DNA of 60,502 nucleotides, counting the filler, from Sphacelaria rigidula (Eukaryota), in NCBI GenBank assembly GCA_964200075.2. It is 9 parts of 9 records of this genome, joined end to end, with 100 filler letters (N's around TTAATTAATTAA, not from the genome) between each part and the next. Parts side by side here need not be neighbours in the genome. Positions count along the whole stretch, not along the records: positions 13,469 to 20,102 come from CAXNAA020018932.1; positions 20,203 to 26,836 come from CAXNAA020018933.1; 7 more parts are not named here. One strand, 5' to 3'. A program made the translations under genes and the position numbers. Each line of letters begins with the position of its first letter. The first letter of the stretch is position 1. Below the pieces are notes generated by a model, which saw only the letters and a program-made list of their open reading frames with translations, ran no database searches and had not been told where the DNA came from. Shown here piece by piece: positions 13,769-24,448 of this stretch.

Positions 13769-14409
13769 AAGTAGTACCTTGGAGAAAAGTTGACGCGCTC
13801 GAAAAAACCAAAACAAAGACTGCTGCCGAGAAAGTCTCCCCCCCGACCCGGCCAAAAAAGTGTACGGAGGTGACGATCATAAATGCCGGTAGATATGGTT
13901 TCGTGCTGCACGACGCTACTCATTCGGGCGTTATAGATGATTTCGGACTGCTACACGCCTCTCATGAAGGCGACATTGCTGCAAACGAGCCAAATAGTGG
14001 GATCGCAGCCGGTTTGTCCGACGGTCTCCGGTGTACTCCTCGTGGGGGGGGCTATCTCGGCATTAGTCCAAAACACATCCACGGATTTTTGCCAGTGTAC
14101 AAGTGAATAATAAATACACTTGCTTCATGGTGAGAAAAGTAATGTCTTACTACTCCCCCTCCCTCCTGCCCCCCGCTACTAATTATCGCATTAACCCACA
14201 TGCCCTTCCACCTGCTTGGACTCCTGCCAGCTCCATTTATTGTTTTGCTCGCGCGTTGCTCGTGCACCTTGGGTGCCGTGGTCAACGCCTCAACTATTTT
14301 GTCTAGATTTATGCCGCCGCGCCCCGGTGGTGAAATGGTTCTTTATTATTTTTTTCGTTTTTATTATTATTGTTATTATTTTTTCCGCACATCAGTCCGA
14401 TCTCGCGAA

Positions 14410-14712
14410 CCCGTGGTCACAAGGTTCTACTGTCGCCATTAGGGTAGAGAGAACGAGGATTTGATTCCCGATGCGTTGGTTTTTCTCTTCGAAAAAGTAT
14501 CTGATGTCCATCGTCGAAATAAGCGTGAGTACGTGAATAAACAAAAATTAGATGACTGAGTTTGTTTGACGAAAATTGACACGCTGCGGCAATCTGTGGG
14601 ATCAAAGTGCAAGGTGTGTACCATACCGAGGGAAAGATGGGTTGATACCTTGAGACCACAAACTCCTCCCGTGCAAGAGGAGGGGTTCGAAGTGCGACAA
14701 ATGAATGAATCA
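14410..14712 (+). mobile_element. tRNA-derived SINE, degenerate copy with (TGAA)n tail
   Basis: Co-linear with the reverse complement of 48785-49090: head actgtcgccattagggtagagagaacgaggatttgattcccgatgcgttgg, 3' end gaagtgcgacaaatgaatgaatc. Confidence 0.7.
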
Positions 14713-14771
14713 AAATGAGCTTTTTTATCCCTGAGATTTAATTTTACACGCACTCGTCCTTGACGGCGCAG

Positions 14772-17700
14772 ATTCGTCGATGGGGAATGGCGGCGTGCGT
14801 GCGCAATTGCTGCTTCGAGGAGGCCGACCACCCGTGGCTGTTGCATGAAGTTCGCGTAGTACCGCATCTGCTCATGCGCTTGGCAGACGACGGCGACGAA
14901 TACGACTTCGATGAGAAGGTGAAAAAATGCCTGATTTCAAAACAACCGATGACATTGCTTGACACGGTAAGGGTTGTACCTTTTTTGGACCCACATTTTT
15001 TCCATCGACGGGAGCTGCGAAAGTCAGGAGCTCGCCCAAGAAAATACATAGGTCAGGACATCCCCGTTTCAAAACTATTTGTCGAGAATGTTCCTTCCCT
15101 ACGGCCGCTCCTTCCGGCAGACAAAAAATTAAGAAGTCCTGTAAACATGTTTTCTTTTCCTCCTTTGTCGTTATACGACCTGTAAGAGAGCTAGGCGAAG
15201 TTTAACACCTGGAAATGACTTGCTCTTCTCGTCGAGACGGTTCCGGGATGTCTTCGCGTTTCCCGGTGGCCGCACTTTTTATTTTGTTTTTTTGGCCAAA
15301 CAAGCATTTTTGTTCAGATATGGCCGAGTCCAGAGAAAAATGACAGTTTTTTCTAGATTTGATCATTCTTGATCGTTCTCAACCATTCTTGGACAAAAAT
15401 ACCAGTTTGGGAAGAAACATAAAAGTGCGGCCACCGGAAACGCGGAGATGTCCTGGAACTGTCTCAACGAGTACAGCAAGCAAGTCATTCCTAGGTTTCA
15501 AACTTCGCCTAGCTCTATTTTAGGCCACGTTCCTATGTGTATAAAGAAGAAGTTGTTGAAAAGTACATTTTTTTACCCTCCTCCGTCGCGTTTCGCCCCC
15601 AAAGAGGGTTAGGCGGATGCAAACAGTCAAGTTAAAAAAAAAAAAAGGTGGAAACATTGCCAGTTTTTTTTTAGTAGTATAATTTGACCGTTTGTTATTG
15701 AAAATGCAAGTTTGGCCAAGAACAAAAAAACTGTGACATACGGAATGCGCAGAGGTGCTCTGGAATAGTCTCAACATGAGCAGAAAAAGTCATCCCAAGG
15801 TGTAAATATCCGCCCGTGTAATACGCTTCTCGGGCGAATAACGACAGAGAGAATGGCCAAAAAGGCACTTTTTCGCACAAGATGTGAACTACGCTTCGCT
15901 AGAGGTGAGGCGGTAGAGTTACGGGTTCCGAAAAAAAACGTTGTTGTGCACTGCTGCCGAAGGATCTCCAAAGCGAGGCGTAATTTTCTCACTTGTCGTT
16001 CGGGCAAGGATTTGGCCGTGGTTGATGATAAGCAACAAGAACAACTTACCGAGCCGGTGGCGGTACGGCGAACGGCTAACCAGGGCTCATGCGATGGCTC
16101 TATTATTCCGAGCTCTTTCTACCGGAGACCCCGTTGCCTAGGTTGCCGCAAATCCAGTTCACAGGTTTGAACGTTTGGAGTCCGCTCACGTATGCCACGA
16201 GCGGGCCCCATTCCTGAGACTGTTTCTCCGGTTTACATGTGTATTCTGGTGCTCTTCACGCTCATACATGTGTGGTGTCTCCACAAAGATTTTTTTGACC
16301 AGACAAAACGGTGTATTCGGGCGTAAAACGACGGCGAAGGATAAGAAATATATTTTTACTGGACTGTTAATTGTTTTCCGTAAGGAGCGGCCTTACCCCC
16401 TGAAATGATAAAGTTGGCGTAGTCTCACGTTGTTCATAAGCCGGCTTTTATAATGTGATGAAAGGTTTTCCTGAGAATTCAAACCTTAACCCTTTTGGGA
16501 CCGGACCCCCCGCTAACACAGGGTTGACCCTGTGTTAGTGGAATAATAAAAAATAAGTCTTCGAGCGACCTACCCAATCACAGCGAGGCGAAAATTATCG
16601 ACCAGACCCGAACGACCAGCGCGGGGAGTGTTGTCGGATATGATGCCACTGCAAAGATCGTGTAGGGCCCTATCCCTGGCCCAGATAAGCCTTCCGAGGT
16701 TTCCAAGTGCCGGGCGGTCGCAGCTTGGTTTTATGGTATTACTTGCAATCAGTATACCGTTCCCGAGTTTTCCTGGAGCGTTTTTCGGGCCCCAGATCTA
16801 TACTGAAACGTAGTTATTTACGCTAGCACAGGGTGGGCCGGAAAAAACCGGAAGGGAGTATACATGCTACCATGTGGTCATTTTCACCACGTCCTAAAAC
16901 CAGGTGGGCTGTGGAAACACAAAAAAAGGATCTACTGTCATGAGTTCTGCTTATCTCTCTGGCGATGACTCGTAGGGTGCAGCGAAAAACTACGTAGTGG
17001 GCGGGGATCAAGAAGCTGTATATAGGCAGTTGATCACGGTAGCCGAAAACTGCCCAGAACGTGCAAGGGTGTATGCAGCGGCAGCTGCTGCTTCAGTCGG
17101 AGTGGTGTACTACACTGTACTGTATACTGTACTATACTGTTGTATGCATGAGCGCTGCAACGTTGATTCCCTTCGAAGAGAATTTGCCGCATGCAACAAG
17201 GGGGGAAATGGCGGCCCACCCCGACAAGAAAGGGCTGTTTGGCAAGGTGATGGGGACAATAGTATCATCCAAAGCCACAAGTGGCGGGCGGCCCGCCGGT
17301 CGCCGCATCCTGTTGGAGGCTAGCTCTATAACCTGAAAATAGTTCGGATGAAACTTTCGGTCTTCGTCATAACCCTGCGGCTACATACGCAGGTTCTCAG
17401 CAACACGCCACTTCTTTTTGCAGACACCAGACACGTCATTCCTGACCAGCCTACTTGGTCGTTCTGGAGGTCCGGTCCCAAAAGGGTTAAGAACTCTTCT
17501 GCGTACCCCCCCACCGTGGCATAACTCGAATATATGCTGGACCAGGTGCGATTCAATATCCACCAGTAAAAAAGTATTGTTGCTGTAATGAATCGTTTTG
17601 ATCCAGGGGCGTAACCTGATTAAAAAAATATATTTTTTACGTACCTGCCTTGAAGGCGTACTCCGTTGAAAATAGGGATACGTGACCAATGCGCGATAAT

Positions 17701-18662
17701 GACGTTATATGACGATAATAATAAATGGTACGTTGACAACTAGACATTGACTTTCTCTTCCCTTCTTTTCTCCCCCCTCTAGTTTTTTTTCGTTTTAGGC
17801 CGCTCCTTATAACAGACAAGAATACAAATCTGGACAAGTGCCCTTTTGGAACTTGTACGTCGTTTGACGCCCTTCAAGAGAAATAGGCGGCGTTAGACAC
17901 ATTGGAATGACTTGCTCTACTCCTTGAAGCGGTTCCAGGACATCTTCGCGTTTTTCGGTGGCTGCATTCTTTAGTTTGGCCACACAAGCATTTTTGTCCG
18001 GAGACGGTCAAGTCCAGAAAAAACCCCCGATTGATATTGAAAATAAAAAATTTAACTTGAATAGTAATAGATTTTCTTCATTTTTTCATTTTGAATAATA
18101 ATCAATTTTTATTTTTATTTTTTAACTTGAATAATTATCGATTTTGTTTTCTGGACTTGACCGTCTCTTGACGAAAATGCTGGTCTGGCCAAAATAAAAA
18201 CTACAGCCACCGAAAAACGCGAAGATGTCATGGAACCGCCTCAACGAGTAGAGCAAGGTCATTCCAATGTGTCAATTTCCGCCTAGCTCTCTCTAATGGC
18301 GTAAAACGGCGTAGAAGTTCCATGAAATGCACTCTTCCAGGTTTGTATTTTCGTCTGTTATAAGTAGCGGGCTTACAGATGTAACACCTATTCTTCTTGG
18401 ATTTGTTTTGCTGGGGTTTTCCCCCCTATTCTCATGTTCATGTGATTAATTAATGTTTCTCGTTTGTTCGCTTGCTTATCTGCTTGCTTTGTTTACCGGC
18501 GATTTCAATTTTATCATGCTTAGTGTTTTGCTAATCTCTTGTTAATTTCTTGTGCGACAGGTGGTATTGGACCCCCGTGTGTGGAGGAAAGATGGAGCGC
18601 CTCCTAGGAAAAGGGAGGCCATCGACGTTATTAAGAAGGACGTTGTGGAGGCGTTACTGCAG
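14772..18662 (+). CDS. HGH1: HGH1 (FAM203/Brp16, eEF2 chaperone) homologue, two internal exons 14772-14918 and 18561-18662
   Basis: Exons bounded by cag|...|gt, both phase 0: IRRWGMAACVRNCCFEEADHPWLLHEVRVVPHLLMRLADDGDEYDFDEK|VVLDPRVWRKDGAPPRKREAIDVIKKDVVEALLQ. This matches the HGH1 signature RRxGxxxxxRNCCF...HxWLL and KxRExDxxIxKxxxEAxxxL. Confidence 0.85.
15103..16392. mobile_element. PIF/Harbinger (Tourist-like) non-autonomous element with internal foldback repeats
   Basis: Termini ggccgctcctt...aaggagcggcc followed by TTA. Arm 15190-15330 is repeated inverted at 15390-15515 and about 15700-15860. Same family as 17798-18372. Confidence 0.7.
16490..17486. mobile_element. Non-autonomous piggyBac-type element (997 bp)
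   Basis: Perfect 18-bp TIR cccttttgggaccggacc and perfect TTAA TSD on both sides (16486-16489, 17487-17490). Confidence 0.9.
17798..18372. mobile_element. PIF/Harbinger (Tourist-like) foldback MITE
   Basis: About 230-bp inverted arms beginning ggccgctccttataacagac, AT-rich spacer, TTA TSD on both sides. Confidence 0.85.
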
Positions 18663-19329
18663 GTGTGCCCTGTGCAATGTCTCGTGCAGTAGTACACAGT
18701 GCGAGAAGATCGAAATTGGGCTTTCAGATCGCCCCGGGTGATACACTCCGCTTAAATTCCTGCCGTACTTGACCATTATTCATTTCCCCCTGAAATATAT
18801 TGCTGGCTGTTTGATTTTTTTTATTCATCGATTGTCGCACTTCAACTGACCCCCGAGGGATCTGGCTGCTGCTGCTTTTACCGACCACACTACGTAAAGC
18901 ATTACTAATGAAGTCAACAACACAGAATAAAGCCGCCTAGAGGAAATAGGAAGATGGTTTGTTATATAATGCGCAGTGTAGATGGGTTACTCCTACGTTC
19001 ATTCCATACCCGCCGAGTTCATGGGTGAGAGGTGATGCCCAGAAATAATGTGACTCAAGTAGGCGAGCCGCAATGTGTTCTCGCTGCTTTTTTTGTTTTG
19101 TTTTGTTTAGTACTTACTGCATGTACTTTTGTTCGCGAGAACGTTTCCACGTGGAGCCATGTTTGCAGAGGCCGACCAATTCTAGTTTTTTTTTGTTTTC
19201 CTCCTTGTCTTTTGTTTTGTTTCGTTTTGTATTGTTTGTATTTTTTTTCTTCGGTCTACGCTGTTTGCCTGTCTTATCTCTGTGTTTTCTTCACTCTTCT
19301 TCAGCGAGCATATCCGTTCTTTTTTTTTG

Positions 19330-19426
19330 TCATCTTGGGTACGTCTAGCTTGTGGATGATGACCACCACTGGGTCCCCTGGAGATCAGTTAATATGCGAC
19401 AATCAATCAATCAATCAATCAATCAA
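19330..19426 (+). repeat. Retroposon 3' tail ending ...tgcgacaa(TCAA)n; further copies at 31630-31728, 31895-32003 (+) and about 18826-18860 (-)
   Basis: Shared ttgggt/c...gtggata/gatga...gatcagttgaagtgcgac plus (CAAT)n tail. Confidence 0.6.
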
Positions 19427-22400
19427 ATACATGGTGAGCAAATGCAGCGAAGAGAGGACGAAGAGTTAATATGTGACAGAAAGGAGTCAGTTGTTTCCCC
19501 TCTTGCCAGCACCTCTTCTGTGAATATACGTTTTTGAAATAGCGCTTACGCTAACGCTACCCCTAACCCCAACCGAAAGGTATACGGGGAACCCTCGGGC
19601 AAGGGGGATCTACACATAGTGCGCGTTGCTAGACGTCGAATCGACGCCTGCGGCGCTGATGTAGACAAGAACGCGTTCTGCGCACGCTGGGAGCACTCGG
19701 GTCTGTGAGCCCCACTGAAGATCCGATTACTGGTTTTCACACTTGAATCAAGTAATATAAATGATGGCGACTTTGGAAGGGAAGTGGGACAAACTCTCCT
19801 GTGCAAAATTTGCATTTAGTTTCCATTATTTTTAGTGTTTTTTTTTCACACGTCCATTTTTTTCAATTTCCGTGTTTTTTTTTTTCATTTTCAGTCGTCC
19901 TTTTTCATTTTCATTCGTTTTTCTTTTTTTCTCATTCCCACTTTTTTGTAACGTGCCCCCTCGGTACACGCTCCGTGTTGCAAGGGACGCGTGGTCAATG
20001 GTTAAAGGACTAAGCAACAAATGAGAACCCTTTCCTCCAATCCCGAACCGCCTACGACCCGATCTCCAAAAGTGACCGCGATAGGACACTTCGCAGTGAG
20101 CCNNNNNNNNNNNNNNNNNNNNNNNNNNNNNNNNNNNNNNNNNNNNTTAATTAATTAANNNNNNNNNNNNNNNNNNNNNNNNNNNNNNNNNNNNNNNNNN
20201 NNAGCACATACTGACTGAGCCCCATAGGCAATTGCTTGGGCAGGTCACTAGTGTCGTGAGGGGGCAGACACGGCTTGCACCGAAGCATCGAGACCCGGTT
20301 TTTGGGTTTGACGCCAGGTTCATCCGTGGGAAAATCCAAATACAAAAGCTTCTCACCTACTGGTTTATCGTCAGGTGCGGTATCACAGGGCCCAACTGCC
20401 AAAATCTTCCAAGGACCAGTCCAGTAAATTCAAGCAAAGCTCCGACTTCAACACCTTATCCGACGACTTAGCAGAGCTTGCACCTTGGGTTACAGTTCTC
20501 ACATCGTTATACACCTATGCCCATTCACCTACTTTGTAAACCGGACGGTTGTTCACTGCATCATCCAACATGCTGTTTGCCGTAGCAACCTTTGCTGCAT
20601 TGATCAAGTTCTGCTCCCGTACCACCTCATATGCAAGACGAAGACGATGACTAACAGACATATGATACTCCACGATATCCCGATCCAAATTCTGACGACC
20701 ACCAGGGGGTTTTCTATCGAACACTGTCAATGGCAGCCTGGGCATACGACCAATATGAACTTCATTGGGAGCCAAGCCTGTGGCGGCATGGACGGAGTTG
20801 TTGTAGTTCATTTGGATAAGGGGTAAGTGCAGGTCCCAGTCCGTTTGTCGCTCATTGGTCACTGAGGCAAGCATTTGCGCCATCGTGTGATTAACTCGTT
20901 CGGTCCCACCGTTTGTGGACGGATGGTATGAATTAGTAAAAATACGATGGGCACCCAGGAGATTACCGATCGCGGCAGAACGTTTGCCGGCAAAATGTGG
21001 GCCGTTATCGGATAACAAACGTTTGGGGACACCCCACTGAGGGATGTATGTGTACACAAGGACGTTGGCAGTCCCTTCTGCACTATAGTTAGCCTCCGAA
21101 ACAGCATTCATCACAGCATGTCGACTGAACCGATCCGTAAACAACAAAACGTACTTGTTGCCGCTATCAGTGAGGGGCAGGGGGCCAAAGTAGTCCCATG
21201 AAACTATTTCACCAGGCCCATTGGGAAGGGGCATAGAGATTACCGGCCATCTAACCGTTTGACGTGAAGTTTTGCGAACTTGGCAAAGAAGACACCGCCG
21301 AACCCACCAACGCACACACTGGTCCATACAAATCCACCAAAACAAAACGCTGAAGCATCTGGGAGGTCCTAGCGACGCCCAGATGTGTGGATTCTTGTGA
21401 GTGGCATCCATGGAGAACCCATGGACGCAGAAGCATCGGAACATAAATACGTATGGGGGCATCACTCAACAAACGGGCGTGACTACTTGTAGATCTCCCT
21501 CCAGGAGGGTTCGTGGGGGGCCGGTGAACCAAAAGAACGACGCCATCATCATCCGTATAAAGCATGCCTTTACGCGATAATTCAGTAACTTCATCCTGTG
21601 TGGGGGCTCGGTGGGGCCCTACTTGCAGAAGGAACTCAGTTTCTGGAAAGGGGGAGGGGCATCCTTTGGATAGATAATGTATAGCTGCTCTACAAGCAGG
21701 CTCAGCTTGCTGTTGCCGGGCCCAATCGGCGTGAGAAAAGAGGGCAATACACTGTCGGAGGAGTTGTCCAGAACGCAGGGGATCGAATCGCGGTGGGATG
21801 GACACGAGGCGTTATTGAGATCTAGGTCAGAAGGGGTGGTCAGTGTATTCTCAAACGGAACGTTCACCTCTATTCCTACGTTATGGAGGGTGTCGAATGG
21901 TGTGGTACCGGAGGTGGTACCATCACGGGGTGGGGAAGGTACAGTCGAGGTCTCGACTATGGTGGGCAGAGGCGGTTTGGGAGGTGTCGATTTTCTGGGG
22001 GCTTTGCGCCGTGGAGGTAACGGGGGCGCAAGGAGGCTATCGGGAACAGGAATGGGGTTGGGGATGGGGAGGTCTGGGCCGGCTACTGCCAGGGCGGCAG
22101 CCGTTTCCGCGGCCCGGCGTCCTCGGATCCGGCTCGAGATGAGGTCGCGGACTTGAACCGGGAGGACGCAGTCAGTAGAAACCGGCTGTACAGTGCAAAC
22201 CATCCGATGACCAGACGCACGAAATTGATCATACCCGCCGGTAGTTGCACGAATTTCACTTCTAACTGAACACAACGATCGTGGGGCCAAACTGTCCAAT
22301 ACAGAAGCGTGAGCAGAAGGCGTCAGCATACTTTTAAAAAATGCCGAGTTGTGGTTCAGTGAGAGTGGTGTATAGAGCCCGCGATGACCATTTGTGCTTA

Positions 22401-24119
22401 TCAAATATACAATGTCTTCGGTGGGGTCTGTGATGCGACCCAAGGCGGAGTTGTCGATGGGTTGGGCTGGCAAGGGCAAGCGCGACAGGAAGTCGGCGTT
22501 TGCGTTTTGGGAACCTGTGCGGTACTTCAACCTGAAGCTGTAGGAAGACAGGATTTCAAACCAGCGTTGAACCCGGGCGTCGTGTTCCGCCATTTTGGCG
22601 AGGTTTTCCAAAGACTTATGATCTGTATAAGTCACAAACGGGAGGTCATACAAATATTGCCGGAGTTGTCGCACTCCCCAAACAATTGCACCGGCTTCTT
22701 GTTCCATGATGGACCAGTTCTGTTCGTTTGGGTAGGTGGTTCGGCTCAGATATACAATGGGGCGAACACTAGTATCGTCTTGTTCCTGTTCCAGTGTGCA
22801 GCCAAACCCAATTTTCGAAGAATCCGTGTGCAGTCGGAACGGACGGGAGCCATTTTCAGCAGCTGACTAGTCTGGAAAAAACAGAATTCGCGGCTTTGAC
22901 AATGTGTCAAGCTGCTCTCGTACAACTTTTTCCATTGCCGACGTGAACACGAATTTCACCCCCTTCTTGAGGAGGATGGTGAGGGGTTTTAGAGCTTGGG
23001 CTAAATTTGACAGGTATTGACGGTAGTAACTCAAACCACCGAGTAAAGAGCGAAGTTGAGAGACATCGCGTGGCATGGTCATCTCTCTAAGTGCGGCAAC
23101 TTTGTCGAGGTTGGGGCTACGACCTTCAGGGCTGATACAATGGCCTAGGAACTCGATGCGCGTGGCTCCAATGCGGGATTTAGATGGAGCGAGCTTCAAA
23201 TTGTGTTGTTCAAAGCGAGTAAAGAAGGACGCCAAATGTTCGACGTGCTCAGCAGGTGTACTGCCGTGAACCACCGCACCGTCGAGGTACATGCGGCATT
23301 TGGACAGCCCATCACTGACGCGAAACATCACACGTTGAAACGCTCCTGGGGCGCCGGTGGCACCTTGCGGAGTGACCAGCCACTCATATAGACCTGACGG
23401 GGTGCAAAACGCCGTCAGCTCGATAGAGTGCGGATCCATCACCAGTTGGTGGTAACCGGACTGCATGTCGAAGTTCGAAAAAACTTTGCCCCCGCCGAGG
23501 GAGTCGATGATTTCATCTATCCGGGGAAGAGGTAGACATGCGATTTTGGTGACTGCGTTCAAGCGTTGATAATTGACGGTCAGTCGGATCTTACCACTCT
23601 TCTTCCGGACGACTACCAAAGGCGAGGCCCACGAAGACGTTGAGTGACGTATTAACCCGGCGGACAAGTATTCGTCGATAATTACTTGAATTTCACCCGC
23701 TAGAAGAGGGTTTGTACGGTACGGACGCATGGCGATAGGTGTCGTACCATCAGGAATGTTGATTTTGAACGGTTTAGTGTTGCAGCGGCCTAAATCTGTT
23801 CACGATTTGGAAAACCGTTCAGAGTATCGTATCAAGGTATCAAGATGGGGCGCAACGAATCAATCACCGTGGGTGTCCCAACCCTCACGAGATAAATCAA
23901 ACGCAATGTGTCTCAAATGGGGGGGAATTCCATCCCATAATCTTTGAAAACTAACACGTTGCTTCGGCGAGAAGGTATCTAGTAAGGCAGCCGGAGGGTT
24001 TGTGTCAGACGCATCAGTCGATTCGTCTACAACCATGGGGTCAGTCTTGTCGAACGAAGCGGAACCGTTTGTCTCTGAGCTGTCTCATGATGTTTGCGGT
24101 GGCACCTCCAGACATACAT

Positions 24120-24448
24120 GACACTTTCTACGATAGCCCCCCCCCCCAAAACAAGTGCATGGTTTTGGGAGGCAAAATATTCACAAAAATCGAAATAGGA
24201 AAAGCTGAGCACAACGAGAAGCTGGAAATTCCCACGCTTGGGTTCGTTCTAGCCAATGTCGCCAATATGAGGCGCTTCATGCAGCCTGAACCCATTCATC
24301 AAGCGCTGTATGACCATTGTTTTCGTGACACTTTTAAGCTGGTTTGGGGGCGTACTCATTTGTTGCTTGCCTTAGTCATTTGACCATTGACCACGCATCC
24401 CTTTCGAGACGGAGCAGGTTTGGGGGGGGGGCTATCGTAGAAAGTGTC
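24120..24448. mobile_element. MITE with GACACTTTCTACGATAGC(C)n TIRs and 4-bp TSD (ACAT), inserted in Gypsy pol
   Basis: TIR about 30 bp; ACAT at 24116-24119 and 24449-24452. Removing the element and one TSD restores the pol frame (...LLNVCLEVPPQTS*DSS...). Confidence 0.9.
24351..24416 (-). mobile_element. 66-nt LINE 3'-end unit inserted in the MITE G-tract
   Basis: Flanked by the perfect 10-bp direct repeat GGTTTGGGGG (24341-24350, 24417-24426). Encodes the ORF2 end APSRKGCVVNGQMTKASNK*. Absent from the MITE copy at 13298. Confidence 0.85.

Noticed and set aside
17061..17336. ORF with HPDKK...RRILLEA as the next HGH1 exon
   Set aside because: It lies inside the piggyBac MITE and lacks fitting splice sites; the exon at 18561-18662 fits better.
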